Shown: piece by piece, positions 34,226-45,066 of the stretch
Numbering within the stretch: the stretch's first letter is position 1
Layout of the letters: every line of letters starts with the position of its first letter
Source: Oculatellaceae cyanobacterium bins.114
Lineage (GTDB): Bacteria > Cyanobacteriota > Cyanobacteriia > Elainellales > Elainellaceae
DNA: 64,000 nt
Assembly: GCA_033764315.1 (NCBI GenBank)
Contig: JANRJA010000075.1
Span: 86,402 to 150,401 of the forward strand
Direction of reading: 5' to 3'
Position numbers and translations under genes: made by a program
The notes under the pieces: model-generated
The model's database searches: none
Told to the model about the DNA's origin: nothing
Seen by the model: only the letters and a program-made list of their open reading frames with translations

Positions 34226-34419
34226 AAGAGAGCGACCTTACCGACCACACCTTTAGAGTAACCTAAACAATCCTGATGCCGACAGACAACCCTGAGGTAC
34301 TAACCCCAAGGGCTATAACGCGTGAGGATTTCGTGAGGCGATCGCCCTACACGAGTTTTGAAACAAAACGGTACACTCAAACAGTAGCGCAAATCCCTGT
34401 TGAGTTCTAGTTAGCCTCT

Positions 34420-36498
34420 ATGTCGAATCGTCTGGCTCAATCTGAAAGCCTCTATCTGCGTAAGCACGCCGACAACCCGATCGATTGGTATCCGTGGGGA
34501 GATGAGGCAATTCAAAAAGCTCGTCAAGAAGACAAGCCTATCTTCCTGTCGATTGGCTATTCCAGTTGCCACTGGTGCACCGTGATGGAGGGGGAAGCGT
34601 TTTCAGATGGGGCGATCGCTGACTACATGAATGCCAACTTTGTAGCAATCAAGGTCGATCGCGAGGAACGCCCTGATATCGACAGCATTTACATGCAAGC
34701 CTTACAAATGATGGTCGGACAGGGGGGATGGCCGCTCAACGTATTTCTAGCACCGGATGATCTGGTGCCCTTTTATGGGGGGACGTATTTTCCACTCGAC
34801 CCCAAATATGGGCGACCCGGATTTTTACAAGTTTTAGAGTCGCTGCGCCGCATCTATGACTCTGAAAAGAGCAAAGTTCAAGGGGTCAAAGACCAGATTT
34901 TGCAACAGTTGCAGCAATCTGCGGTGCTTGCAACTGACGAGTTAACCGATGATTTGCTGCACAAAGGTCTGGAGTATAGTGCTGGGGTGCTATCGAGCCG
35001 GGGGATGGGGCCTAGTTTCCCGATGATTCCCTATGCAGAGGCGGCATTACATGGGTTGCGCCTGAGCAGTGCTGATGCTCAATATGACGTGGCTGAGGTT
35101 TGTCAGCAACGGGCCCTCGATTTGGCACTGGGTGGCATCTATGACCACGTCGCAGGGGGATTTCATCGCTACACGGTTGACTCAACCTGGACAGTGCCCC
35201 ACTTTGAAAAAATGCTTTATGACAATGGGCAGATTGTGGAATATTTGGCGCATGTCTGGAGTGCCGGAATGCAAGACCCTGCCTTTGCTAGGGCGATCGC
35301 AGGCACAGTGCAATGGCTCAAACGCGAGATGACCGCTCCGGAAGGCTATTTTTATGCGGCTCAAGATGCCGATAGTTTCACAACACCTACCGATGTGGAA
35401 CCTGAGGAAGGAGCTTTTTATGTGTGGGGTTATAGGGAACTCGAGCAGCACTTAACCTCTGACGAGCTAGCAGAATTGACTGAGCAGTTTACCGTCACTC
35501 GTACGGGCAACTTTGAGGGCAAGATTGTGTTGCAGCGTCGCCAGTCGGGTGAGTTATCGACGACTCTAGAAACAGCACTTGCCAAGCTATTTGCGCTGCG
35601 ATATGGAGACGCCCCAGCGAAAATCACGACCTTTCCACCTGCCCGAAACAACCACGAAGCCAAGACTCAACCCTGGCAGGGGCGGATTCCAGCGGTTACA
35701 GATACGAAGATGATCGTTGCCTGGAACAGTCTCATGATCTCTGGATTGGCAACAGCGGCGATCGCCCTGCAAGTACCAAACTATCTCACCCTGGCAACCC
35801 AAGCGACTCAATTCATTTTGCAGCATCAATGGCAACCCACCGATACAGGCGTGCGGTTGCATCGGCTTAATTACGATGGCAAAGCCAGTGTAGTCGCCCA
35901 GTCTGAGGATTATGCCTTTTTCATCAAAGCCTTGCTGGATCTGGATCAGGCTGAGTTGAGCCTCAATTCCAATCAGCCCTCTCGCCAGTGGTTAGACCAA
36001 GCCGTGAAGACTCAAGCTGAGTTCGATGAGTTTTTGTGGAGCCTTGATAGTGGGGGTTATTACAACACTGATGCTCGCAGTGACTTGGTCATCCGCGAAC
36101 GCAGTTATGCCGATAATGCAACTCCCTCTGCTAATGGGGTGGCGATCGCCAATCTCGTTCGGTTATTTCTGCGGACTGAGGAGTTGTCTCACCTAGATAA
36201 GGCCCAGCAATCTTTGCAGGCGTTTAGTAGCGTTATGGCTCGTGCGCCTCAAGCCTGTCCTACAGTGTTGAGTGCTTTAGATTGGTATCTCAATCAAACC
36301 CTGATTCGCACAGATGCCCATCAACTGGCTCAACTAGCGACTCAATATCTTCCTACGGCAGTTCTCGCGATCGAGCCGTTGCCTGCTGGGATCGTTGGGT
36401 TAGTGTGTCAGGGGTTGAGTTGTCAAGAACCCGCCCAGAGTGTGACTCAGTTGCAAGAGCAGGTGCAGTCTAGTCTGGCTAGGGGCCTGAGAAAATAG
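34420..36498 (+). CDS. thioredoxin-domain protein of the YyaL/DUF255 family
   Basis: NRLA..SLYLRKHA.NP, GYSSCHWCTVM, KVDREERPD, VPHFEKMLYDN. Confidence 0.95.
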   Translation: MSNRLAQSESLYLRKHADNPIDWYPWGDEAIQKARQEDKPIFLSIGYSSCHWCTVMEGEAFSDGAIADYMNANFVAIKVDREERPDIDSIYMQALQMMVGQGGWPLNVFLAPDDLVPFYGGTYFPLDPKYGRPGFLQVLESLRRIYDSEKSKVQGVKDQILQQLQQSAVLATDELTDDLLHKGLEYSAGVLSSRGMGPSFPMIPYAEAALHGLRLSSADAQYDVAEVCQQRALDLALGGIYDHVAGGFHRYTVDSTWTVPHFEKMLYDNGQIVEYLAHVWSAGMQDPAFARAIAGTVQWLKREMTAPEGYFYAAQDADSFTTPTDVEPEEGAFYVWGYRELEQHLTSDELAELTEQFTVTRTGNFEGKIVLQRRQSGELSTTLETALAKLFALRYGDAPAKITTFPPARNNHEAKTQPWQGRIPAVTDTKMIVAWNSLMISGLATAAIALQVPNYLTLATQATQFILQHQWQPTDTGVRLHRLNYDGKASVVAQSEDYAFFIKALLDLDQAELSLNSNQPSRQWLDQAVKTQAEFDEFLWSLDSGGYYNTDARSDLVIRERSYADNATPSANGVAIANLVRLFLRTEELSHLDKAQQSLQAFSSVMARAPQACPTVLSALDWYLNQTLIRTDAHQLAQLATQYLPTAVLAIEPLPAGIVGLVCQGLSCQEPAQSVTQLQEQVQSSLARGLRK

Positions 36499-36751
36499 CC
36501 GCTTCTAAGTCTTGGCGACTCAGAGAATATTTAAATGAACGTTGAATATCACGTCCATCATCGCTGGCGTTGAAATAGCGCACGGCAAAAGCGTCGATTT
36601 CCATGACAATCTCAGCTTCCCATCCTGCTTTTTTGACGTGCCAATGGTGCAAATTGCGATCGTCTTGTTGACAGCCGTTGTCGATTAACCAAGTTTCAAT
36701 ATCGGGAAGGGGGTGATTATAGAGCGGAGTATCAGCAGAAGGAAGCGTCAT
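36479..36751 (-). CDS. DUF3143 family protein
   Basis: TPLYNHPLP.IE.WL and RSFKYSLSRQD.E.AIF.GP. Confidence 0.85.
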   Translation of the reverse strand: MTLPSADTPLYNHPLPDIETWLIDNGCQQDDRNLHHWHVKKAGWEAEIVMEIDAFAVRYFNASDDGRDIQRSFKYSLSRQDLEAAIFSGP

Positions 36752-37386
36752 GAGTTTGGCGAGGTTGAGGATGGCAGCGATAGGGTAGGAGTCAGATCGG
36801 GTGGCTCGATCGCATCCTCTGGAGTTAGGTTGCTTGGTGGTAGAGGAGGTGAGGTTGAGTCAAGGAATGGCGTATGTTGCACCTCTGGAGGAATTAGCTC
36901 ACGGATTTCAACTGCGGGTGGGTTAGTCGCTGCGGTGAGGGGTTGAAAGGCACTTTCTCCACGGGTAATGCCAATGGCAATCACCAGAATGAGACAGCCA
37001 ATAAAAGTTACTCCCAAAATAAACAGCGCAAAGACTTCACCCGCCGACAAAGGGCGATCGGTTGGCTCTAGATAAGCTGAAGAACGATAACTCCTGCTTT
37101 CAGAAACAGGGCGGTTGAAATCGGGCAAGGATTGAATCACCGAAAAGCGAGAGTAGCCAATCTTGAGATCGTAGGTCGCGCGTTTTTCAGGACTGCTCAG
37201 CGTCGCATAAGCTTCATTGAGCCGTTGAAACTTGGCCGTGGCGATCGCATCAGGCAATTCAGTCGTGTCAGGATGATAGAGCTTACTCAGCTCTCGGTAG
37301 GTGCGTCGAATTTGCTGCACCGATGCCGAAGGAGTTAACCCTAACACCTGATAGTAGTTAGAAGCCAAATCATCCGACATTTGCAT
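36748..37386 (-). CDS. DnaJ-domain membrane protein
   Basis: NYYQVLG, YHPD, RLNEAY; C-terminal transmembrane segment. Confidence 0.9.
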   Translation of the reverse strand: MQMSDDLASNYYQVLGLTPSASVQQIRRTYRELSKLYHPDTTELPDAIATAKFQRLNEAYATLSSPEKRATYDLKIGYSRFSVIQSLPDFNRPVSESRSYRSSAYLEPTDRPLSAGEVFALFILGVTFIGCLILVIAIGITRGESAFQPLTAATNPPAVEIRELIPPEVQHTPFLDSTSPPLPPSNLTPEDAIEPPDLTPTLSLPSSTSPNS

Positions 37387-37499
37387 TCCTCCACAGGTCG
37401 CACACCTTAACTAGTAACCCTTCTAGCGAATCATTGTTTTAGTTATTGTAACTGGGTTAATTTCGGTTACGCTGCTCAGGTGCTAATTTTTGTTCTGAT

Positions 37500-38345
37500 T
37501 TAGGTGCCTGCAAAACAGGCAGAGCGAGTCAGGCGAATCTGAGCCAGTGTGAAAATGACTGGAATGACCCGACCATAATTAGTGGCGATCGATCGCCACC
37601 CTAAGTCAGCAAAAAACCACACCCATAACGCAGGGCCTAAAAACGCAAACATCGATCGCACAGTGCCATAACGCGCCGCATTGAGAGCCATGCCCCGTGA
37701 TGCAGTTTGCAGAGCCAGTTTGCTTTGCAATTGAGTGGCGACTGTCACACTGCCTTGAACTAATGCCTCCGTGGCAACTTGATAAGTGGCGGCATGCAGT
37801 GCAAACTGGCGGGTGATTTGTTGCAACAGCCAGGGCCCCACTACTGAACTGACGGCAAACGCGCTACCCCCTTTGAGCACCAGGGTAATCGGGTCTTTGT
37901 GCACCGCAGCGGGGAGTTGCTTGGTGAGTTGAGCGTGGGAGAGTGCTTCTTGTAACTGCCCTGTGAGAACTCGTTGTTGGGCAGGAGGCAGTTTTTTCCA
38001 GGCGCAGTTGAGAATGTGTAGAAAAATTTCAGCTTCTAGTTCTTCTGTCGAGAAGGTTTGGGAATAGGAGATTTTGAGGTGGCGGCAAACCCGCATCAGC
38101 ACTTGTCGGTAACTGATTTGCCCAGTTTTGCGCTTTAGAACTGTGAAACCATCTGCCGCCAGAAATCGAAATCGCTCTTCAATCGCATCCAGTTGTGCCA
38201 TGCGATCGCGGCTCTGCACCTCAATAATTTCAGGGGTGCAAACATAGTCCAACGGGTTAAATTTGCGTTGAAACAAAATCTCAGTGAGTGTCTCTAACTC
38301 TTCATCTGTTGCTAGTTCTAGACCCGTTCTCAATTCATCTAACAC
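37500..38345 (-). CDS. YaaW-like conserved cyanobacterial protein
   Basis: MDELR..LELAT.EEL, RFRFLAADG, ATNYGRVIP. Confidence 0.8.
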   Translation of the reverse strand: MLDELRTGLELATDEELETLTEILFQRKFNPLDYVCTPEIIEVQSRDRMAQLDAIEERFRFLAADGFTVLKRKTGQISYRQVLMRVCRHLKISYSQTFSTEELEAEIFLHILNCAWKKLPPAQQRVLTGQLQEALSHAQLTKQLPAAVHKDPITLVLKGGSAFAVSSVVGPWLLQQITRQFALHAATYQVATEALVQGSVTVATQLQSKLALQTASRGMALNAARYGTVRSMFAFLGPALWVWFFADLGWRSIATNYGRVIPVIFTLAQIRLTRSACFAGT

Positions 38346-38433
38346 ATCAAACCTCCTGCCTCAATCCCCAAAAAACCGCTGGCTCTTGTCTCATATTCTA
38401 CTTACATTAAGACTTACGCAGTTGAAAGAAAAT

Positions 38434-39507
38434 ATGCAAGAAACCAGAGTTGATATCGCAGTCATTGGCGCAGGCATCACCGGACTTGTCTGTGCTCGAC
38501 ACCTGCAACAAGCGGGATACCAGACGGTCATTCTTGAAAAGTCACGAGGACTAGGGGGACGGTTGGCAACTCGACGTCTAGAAGGAACGTGGGCAGATCA
38601 TGGCACTCGCTATTTAGAGCCTCAGGGCAAATGGTCAGACTTGTTGATTCAAACCCTGTGCGATCGCGGCATTGTGCATTTGTGGACAGAGTCACTTTAT
38701 CAGTGGGTTGAGGGGCAACTGTCGCCGTTAGAACATCGCCCCTGTTATGTAGCAAAAGATGGGATCACGGCGATCGCCAAATATTTAGGAGCCAATCTCA
38801 ACGTTCAACGGCAACAGCGAGTAACAGCCATCACTCCCCAGGCTGGAGATTGGAGTTTGACGTTAGAGGCAACCGGGACTGAATCCCTGACCCCGATTAC
38901 AGCCAGGGCGATTGTCATCGCCATTCCTGCGCCCCAAGCGATGCTGTTGTTGCAGCCCTTGGCGGAGGTGGGTTTGCCAGATGAGCTTCTCACTGCCGTG
39001 GGGTCAGTGCAGTTTGATCCTTGTTTCAGTGCGATCGCCACTTATCCCGCAGCACGAGTGGCAGAACTAGCCAGTCTGCCCTGGTGTGGGGTGATTTTTA
39101 AGGATGATGTCGATCTCAGTTGGGTAGGGTTAGAGAGCCGCAAACAGACCGTTGCACAGCAACCCGTTGTAGTGGTGCAAAGCAGTGCTCGATTTGCGGC
39201 TCAATCTCTAGAAGAGACAAACCTTCAGCCGATTGGTCAACGGTTGCTGACACGAGCCGCTGAGATGCTCATTCCCTGGTTAGACACCGCAACGATCTTG
39301 CAAGTCCATCGCTGGCGTTATGCCTTTGCGCAAACTCCGCTCTCAACGGCTTATCTCGCCACAACAAATCCCCTACCACTGGTATGTGGTGGGGACTGGT
39401 GTGGTGGCAATAACCTGGAAAGTGCGTTGCAGTCAGGGATGGCGATCGCCCATGAGATTAATCAACGGCTTGATCAACGATCGATGCCAGAACTTACGGT
39501 TCAATAA
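38434..39507 (+). CDS. NAD/FAD-dependent oxidoreductase (renalase-like)
   Basis: IGAGITG, EKSRGLGGRLATRR, HRWRYA, GDWC. Confidence 0.9.
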   Translation: MQETRVDIAVIGAGITGLVCARHLQQAGYQTVILEKSRGLGGRLATRRLEGTWADHGTRYLEPQGKWSDLLIQTLCDRGIVHLWTESLYQWVEGQLSPLEHRPCYVAKDGITAIAKYLGANLNVQRQQRVTAITPQAGDWSLTLEATGTESLTPITARAIVIAIPAPQAMLLLQPLAEVGLPDELLTAVGSVQFDPCFSAIATYPAARVAELASLPWCGVIFKDDVDLSWVGLESRKQTVAQQPVVVVQSSARFAAQSLEETNLQPIGQRLLTRAAEMLIPWLDTATILQVHRWRYAFAQTPLSTAYLATTNPLPLVCGGDWCGGNNLESALQSGMAIAHEINQRLDQRSMPELTVQ

Positions 39508-39588
39508 AGTGGCGATCGCTTAGATCAATATAGGAGAGCTGATACAGAGTAAGGAGTAATTTCAGCAAAAGAACTTCGCTGACGCTCT

Positions 39589-39783
39589 CTACATGTTGTC
39601 AGCGGCTCCTTCGCTATTATTCCCCTTCTCTTCCATGTCGTCCATGTCCTGAGCGTTGTTGTCGCCGCCAAAGCGTCTTCTACCTCCCATTCCACGTCCG
39701 GTGCTAGGGCGTTTACGAAACTTGCGGGCGTAGGCCTGGTTGCGGAGAGCTTTTTCTTTCTTCTGGTTGCGGCGTTTAGCCAT
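39589..39783 (-). CDS. small protein with basic N-terminus and acidic tail
   Basis: 64 aa, GAGG RBS; MAKRRNQKKEKALRNQAYARKFRKR. Confidence 0.75.
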   Translation of the reverse strand: MAKRRNQKKEKALRNQAYARKFRKRPSTGRGMGGRRRFGGDNNAQDMDDMEEKGNNSEGAADNM

Positions 39784-39993
39784 GCTTAACCTCTTTAAAT
39801 CGATGGACTGAACGAACAGACATAATCATTGCTGCAAACAAAATGATTGAACAGGGGTTAATAGTTTGAACAACCCTGCAAGAGGTATACTCTAGCACAA
39901 TCTTGAGCCATTCTGGTGGGGTTTAAAAACTGGAATGTGGGGATCAAAAGGGGGATCGCTGACTCACCTGGTTCAGCAAGGGAAATTAAATAA

Positions 39994-40106
39994 ACTAACG
40001 CGATGTGCAACTTAGAGGTTTAGATCCCCGGTTGCTCGTTCAGCATCCTCAAAGTAGTCTGATTTGCGTCACAGCAACCGGGTATCTGGGGGAAGTCGCA
40101 CACGGG
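39994..40106 (+). repeat. family A dispersed element, copy 3
   Basis: Near-identical to the reverse complement of 720-832. Confidence 0.9.
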
Positions 40107-40223
40107 ATTAAACTAAAAACTTTTAAGGGTGTAGTAATTTGGCGCAACATCTTGAGGTGGGTCACGAGACGTCTTGCTCCACTACGCTGCCCCAGTATGA
40201 CACTCCACTATGACGCTCCACCA

Positions 40224-41531
40224 CTACGCCCCAATCAACGTTTTAGCAAATTGGATCGCATCTTCACGGGTTGCAATTTTTCCTTCAGCTTGTGCCAGTT
40301 GAATCTTTTGTAGCAAATGCCCAATTTGAGGACCTGCGGGAAGCTGCAACGCTGTCATCAAATCTCGCCCTGTTAATGGAGGAATGGGATGGGCGATCGC
40401 ATCTCCAGGGGTGAGAAACCGTTGCATGAGGGGGGCGATCGCCTGAAGTGGGGTGCCTAACGCGACGGTCAACACCGCCAGAGCCGGAAAAGTTGCCCCT
40501 ATCCCTTGAAACAAAAAGTATTGCTCTCGTGCTGGCATATCAGAGTCAACAAAAGCCTGCAATTGGGGCAAGTATTTCAGCACAGTCAAAACCGCTTGCA
40601 CCTCAGCTCGGCTATATTTCAACCGCCACAACTCTTGCTCTGCCACCTGTAAATCAGCCGCGATCAGGCGGGTCAGTTTGGCAATCTTAAACCAACTGCG
40701 ACCCGTTCCTGCTGCTTTTTGTTGATCTCGCAACCAGCCAAATAACTCTGAGCCAAACGGTTCCCATTGTTCAGCCAGGGCGATCGCCGCTCGATCGAGA
40801 TCGGCAACTTGTGCCAATCGGCTTGCTGTCGCATGGGGAAACCAATATTGCAATAATCCATCGTGACGAGCAACGGTCAGGAGAGGAGTTCCTTTGGGGG
40901 TGCTCAACAAATAACTCAGCTCGGCTTGCACCCGCTCTGGGGCGATGAATCGCAATAAATCAGCTAACTGCTGAATGGTGTCTTGGGTGTCAGGTTCAAG
41001 CGTGAACTCTAGCTGAGCCGCCTGACGATAAGCTCGCAATAAACGCAGTGGGTCTTCCTTGAGATTTTCGGGAGCCACCATGCGAATCAGGTGTTGTTGC
41101 AGGTCATGATAACCCTGGAGAGGATCGAGTAACTGACGAGTATGAGGGTTATAGGCGATCGCGTTGACGGTAAAGTCGCGCCGTTCTAAATCTGTTTCAA
41201 GGGTTGGGCCTACTTGTTGAGCAAAGTCAACGGTGGCATGCTCAAACACCACCCGCGCAATTTGTCGCTCAGCATCGAGCAACACAAAGCCCGCTCGGTA
41301 ATGATTGGCGATCGCTCGTGCTGTTTGTACTGCCCCTTCTGGCATGACAAAATCCAGATCTAAATATTCAGCCCGTCTGCCCAGCAACGCATCGCGGACG
41401 TTTCCCCCAACTAGATAGGTCGCAGGAGGCAACCATTTCAAATCAAAAGGCCAGGTCTTGGGTGACAAGACTGAGCTGCAGGTAAAGGTGTGCTGTTGTT
41501 GCAGATCGGGGTACAAATTAGGACGGCTCAA
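40224..41531 (-). CDS. tRNA nucleotidyltransferase (CCA/poly(A) polymerase family)
   Basis: YLVGG.VRD, DLDF, RRDFTVNAIA, EDPLRLLRAYR. Confidence 0.93.
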   Translation of the reverse strand: MSRPNLYPDLQQQHTFTCSSVLSPKTWPFDLKWLPPATYLVGGNVRDALLGRRAEYLDLDFVMPEGAVQTARAIANHYRAGFVLLDAERQIARVVFEHATVDFAQQVGPTLETDLERRDFTVNAIAYNPHTRQLLDPLQGYHDLQQHLIRMVAPENLKEDPLRLLRAYRQAAQLEFTLEPDTQDTIQQLADLLRFIAPERVQAELSYLLSTPKGTPLLTVARHDGLLQYWFPHATASRLAQVADLDRAAIALAEQWEPFGSELFGWLRDQQKAAGTGRSWFKIAKLTRLIAADLQVAEQELWRLKYSRAEVQAVLTVLKYLPQLQAFVDSDMPAREQYFLFQGIGATFPALAVLTVALGTPLQAIAPLMQRFLTPGDAIAHPIPPLTGRDLMTALQLPAGPQIGHLLQKIQLAQAEGKIATREDAIQFAKTLIGA

Positions 41532-41889
41532 ACGTGAATGAACTGAATACTGCCACAGGGCATGAGGGAACTTGGGGAGACTAATGATTTAAGCGATAGG
41601 CTAAAAAACCACTATTTTTCATTCTGTAACATCATGGGCAATTAACCCACAGGGAAAACTCACAGAGAAAACGGCTTTGCATTACCAGTATCAATCTTGC
41701 CAATTTATTAATCTTGCCAATTCTGCCAATTAATCCTGGCAATGGGCTACCTCAAGGATGATTTTGATAGGCAACGGCCTGTTTTCTCAAACTTGAGCTA
41801 CAGTAACAGAAATAGGGTCTAAACATAGCAACAGCAATAGGGTCTAAACACAGGTTAGCGTGTGGTTTAGCTAGACGGAGGAAGCGGGT

Positions 41890-42174
41890 ATGTGTATTTG
41901 TGTGAACTGTCACTATGTCGATCGCTGCACTACCTATCATGCGGTCGAAGAACAGCACCGTCAGCCCCACCTGACTGAAGCCCCCACCTTTGAGCCTGTT
42001 AATCCGGTTATTAACTACAATTACACCCTTCCTAAGGTCGTTGTCACCGATGATGGTCAAATTGTTCAGGAAGGCGATTTTGGCGAAGAATATGATGTCG
42101 TAGGCTGTGACAGCTTTAAGCTAGAGTCGGGTAAATGGGCACGCTTGCGTCCTGGGGAGTTGGTGCCCACCTGA
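41890..42174 (+). CDS. ycf34: Ycf34 family Fe-S protein
   Basis: MCICVNCHYVDRC.TYHAVE and DVVGCDSF..E.GKW..LRP. Confidence 0.93.
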   Translation: MCICVNCHYVDRCTTYHAVEEQHRQPHLTEAPTFEPVNPVINYNYTLPKVVVTDDGQIVQEGDFGEEYDVVGCDSFKLESGKWARLRPGELVPT

Positions 42175-42177
42175 CGC

Positions 42178-44154
42178 ATGAGCTACTGTTTTAACCCGCT
42201 CTGCCGACAACCTCAAAATCCCAACGATGCTCAGTTTTGTCAAAACTGTGGGTCAAGATTAGTTTTAAAGGGTGCTTATCGTGCCTTGAAGCTGATCGGG
42301 CAGGGCGGATTTGGCAGAACGTTTTTGGCGATCGCCCTCAGACAGGATGCGCTAGTTGCTGAGCTGCCTCCTGTTGCCCCTACCCAGGATCTTGAACCGA
42401 TTTCCTATTGCGTCATTAAGCAATTTTTACCGCGTCAACAGGGAGCCGCAAACTTACAGAAAGCCACTGAGCTATTTCGACAAGAAGCCGAACGCCTCAA
42501 ACAACTGGGTCAGCATCCCCAGATTCCTCAGTTGTTAGATTATTTTGAGTTAGATGGGGAAGAGTATCTCGTTCAAGAATTCATTGATGGGCAAAACTTA
42601 GAAGAAGTATTAGCCACTGAGCGGACGTTTAGTGAAGCGCAAGTCCGCAAGGTGCTCACCGATCTGTTGCCCGTGCTGCAATTCATTCACCATCACCGGG
42701 TGATTCACCGAGACATCAAACCCGAAAATATTATCTATCCCCACCGAGAGGAGCAATCGCCCCAGGATGTACCGCTGATTTTGGTGGACTTTGGTGCCTC
42801 TAAATATGCCACGACGACGGCCCTGGCTCGTACAGGTACTGTGATTGGTAGTGCTGGATATGTTGCCCCAGAACAAGCGATGGGGAAGGCAGAATTTGCC
42901 AGTGATCTCTATAGCCTGGGCGTAACGTGTGTTCATTTGTTGACGGGGTTACACCCCTTTGATCTCTACTCTGTCAGTGAAGATGCCTGGGCATGGCGGC
43001 AGTATTTAGCAGAACCGATTAGCCGACGACTGGCAATCGTGTTGACCAAGATGTTGCAAAAAGCGACGAGCCAACGCTATGACAGTGCAGCAGCAGTGTT
43101 ACACGATTTGACCCAGACTCCGCGAGTCACCCGGAGTGAACGGCGATCGCCCGAATCAACGGCTCAACGTCGCATTGCGGCTGAAGCGGAACTGCCTCCA
43201 CGAACATCTCAAGCACGGCGACGACTCGTCATGCAACACCATCAAGATTGGCAAGAGGTGCAGACCCTCACCGGACACACCGGAGCCGTCACCGCGATCG
43301 CCCTCAACTCAGAAGGCACTTTGCTCATTAGTGGCAGCAGTGACAAAACCATTAAATTATGGACGATTCCTCAAGGAGAGTTACTCCACACGATTCCGGG
43401 GCGATCGCTCTGGTCAAACGCTGGACATCGCGATCGCATCAGTGCATTAATCTTTGCATTGGATGGGCAAACCTTTATCAGCGGTAGTGACGACGGCACG
43501 ATTAAGATATGGGATGTTGCAACTCGTAGGCTCATTGCAACCCTACCCCACGATGGGTGGGATATCTCTGCTCTGACGATCGACCACACCGGAACTGTCT
43601 TAGCTAGCGGTGGAGGCGATGGCGTGATTTATCTGTGGAATTTGCAAACCCATGCGTTAACCCACAGCTTGCTCAAACATCGCGATCGCATCAGTTCCCT
43701 GATTCTTAGCCCCGACAATCGAATTCTCATTAGTGGCAGCTATGACAAAACTATCCGGGTGTGGGATGTGATGAAGGGTGGGCTCATCAACACCTTTAAA
43801 GGACACAGCGATGGCGTGACCACCCTTGCGGTTACTCCTGATTGGTATACGCTGGTCAGCGGCAGTTGGGATCGTACCCTGCGAATTTGGGATTTGCCCA
43901 CAGGTGACCTCAGACGCACCCTGGCGGCTCATCGCGAGCGTACCAATTGTCTCGCCATTGGCTCCAATGGACACATTCTCGCCAGTGCCAGCGAAGACGG
44001 CACCATTAAACTATGGGAGCTAGAAGAGGGAATTCCTCTCCATACCTTTCGTCAATCTTGGGGCATCAATGCATTGAGCTTTACCCCTGATGGTCAGATG
44101 TTGATCAGTGGCAGTGCCGATGCAACCATAAAAATTTGGCAACGACGAGCATGA
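42178..44154 (+). CDS. Ser/Thr protein kinase with C-terminal WD40 repeats
   Basis: N-terminal Cys motif, GQGGFGRT, HRDIKPEN, DFG, about seven SGS.D.TI(K/R).W repeats. Confidence 0.96.
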   Translation: MSYCFNPLCRQPQNPNDAQFCQNCGSRLVLKGAYRALKLIGQGGFGRTFLAIALRQDALVAELPPVAPTQDLEPISYCVIKQFLPRQQGAANLQKATELFRQEAERLKQLGQHPQIPQLLDYFELDGEEYLVQEFIDGQNLEEVLATERTFSEAQVRKVLTDLLPVLQFIHHHRVIHRDIKPENIIYPHREEQSPQDVPLILVDFGASKYATTTALARTGTVIGSAGYVAPEQAMGKAEFASDLYSLGVTCVHLLTGLHPFDLYSVSEDAWAWRQYLAEPISRRLAIVLTKMLQKATSQRYDSAAAVLHDLTQTPRVTRSERRSPESTAQRRIAAEAELPPRTSQARRRLVMQHHQDWQEVQTLTGHTGAVTAIALNSEGTLLISGSSDKTIKLWTIPQGELLHTIPGRSLWSNAGHRDRISALIFALDGQTFISGSDDGTIKIWDVATRRLIATLPHDGWDISALTIDHTGTVLASGGGDGVIYLWNLQTHALTHSLLKHRDRISSLILSPDNRILISGSYDKTIRVWDVMKGGLINTFKGHSDGVTTLAVTPDWYTLVSGSWDRTLRIWDLPTGDLRRTLAAHRERTNCLAIGSNGHILASASEDGTIKLWELEEGIPLHTFRQSWGINALSFTPDGQMLISGSADATIKIWQRRA

Positions 44155-44165
44155 CAGAAAAATCG

Positions 44166-44975
44166 CTAATTTAGCGTATTTGTGGAATAGCTAAAGTCCA
44201 ATACAGGCCAATCTGGTTCCCGGTAATAATGCATCATGTTGTCAAACTTACGTAGCTCTGCCCGTTGGATGAGTAGGGGTTGAGGAATATCCGAGGTCAA
44301 CCACTGCTGGTTTAAGTGATCTAACTGTTGACCCAGATCGTCGCGGTCAAGGTCTCCAGTAACACTGCCAAAATAGCCAATTGTGATGTGAGCTGTGAGA
44401 TGATATTGCTGCTCAATTCCCAACGCCATTAGTGCTGAGTTTTGATAAATGGCTCGGCGCAATTTGATGATCTGCTCATAGCCTTCCTCTGTTTTGGGCG
44501 TTAGACTCACCGCCAAAGCTCTGGGCATCACCACCAACCCCATCACTTGCCAATAAATTGGCGCGATCGCTTTTTGGGGTTGGCATTGTTGAAAGATTTG
44601 ACTGACGCGATCGCGCAGTTGCTCTTGAAAATGAGGGTTTTCATCGGCATGACGATAGGCACTATCCCAAATTAAATCAGCGATCGTCATGTGAAAACTA
44701 TCAGGAGGGAGTGCAACAAACAACTCAGGCGAAAGCTTTTGTGCAACTTGTTGCTGAAACGCTTGCAATTGTTGATAAAATTCCTGGTTTTCTGATTCAT
44801 CTGCCCAGGGTGGCGTAATCACCGAGTAACCCGGAAATGAAGTAGGTTGAAACGTTCCATCGGGTTGTTGCTGGAACTTTGGGGATGGTTGGATATGCTG
44901 CACTTGAGACTTGTAAGCCTCTGGTAGCGTCATTCGCGCTACCCGATTTACATAAACCTGGTAAATGTCGTCCAA
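44166..44975 (-). CDS. 2H-phosphoesterase-like protein (DUF1868-like)
   Basis: Two HxT motifs (FHMTIAD, AHITIGY). Confidence 0.78.
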   Translation of the reverse strand: MDDIYQVYVNRVARMTLPEAYKSQVQHIQPSPKFQQQPDGTFQPTSFPGYSVITPPWADESENQEFYQQLQAFQQQVAQKLSPELFVALPPDSFHMTIADLIWDSAYRHADENPHFQEQLRDRVSQIFQQCQPQKAIAPIYWQVMGLVVMPRALAVSLTPKTEEGYEQIIKLRRAIYQNSALMALGIEQQYHLTAHITIGYFGSVTGDLDRDDLGQQLDHLNQQWLTSDIPQPLLIQRAELRKFDNMMHYYREPDWPVLDFSYSTNTLN

Positions 44976-45066
44976 TCGAATACGCCTCGCCTTCTGACTT
45001 CAGGAGATCACTTAACAAAACACTTCCTTAATGTACCTTGTCAAAAGCAGGCTTTCACAAACCCGC

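Noticed and set aside
40005..40313. 102 aa ORF
   Set aside because: Runs through the family A repeat and antisense into the nucleotidyltransferase gene
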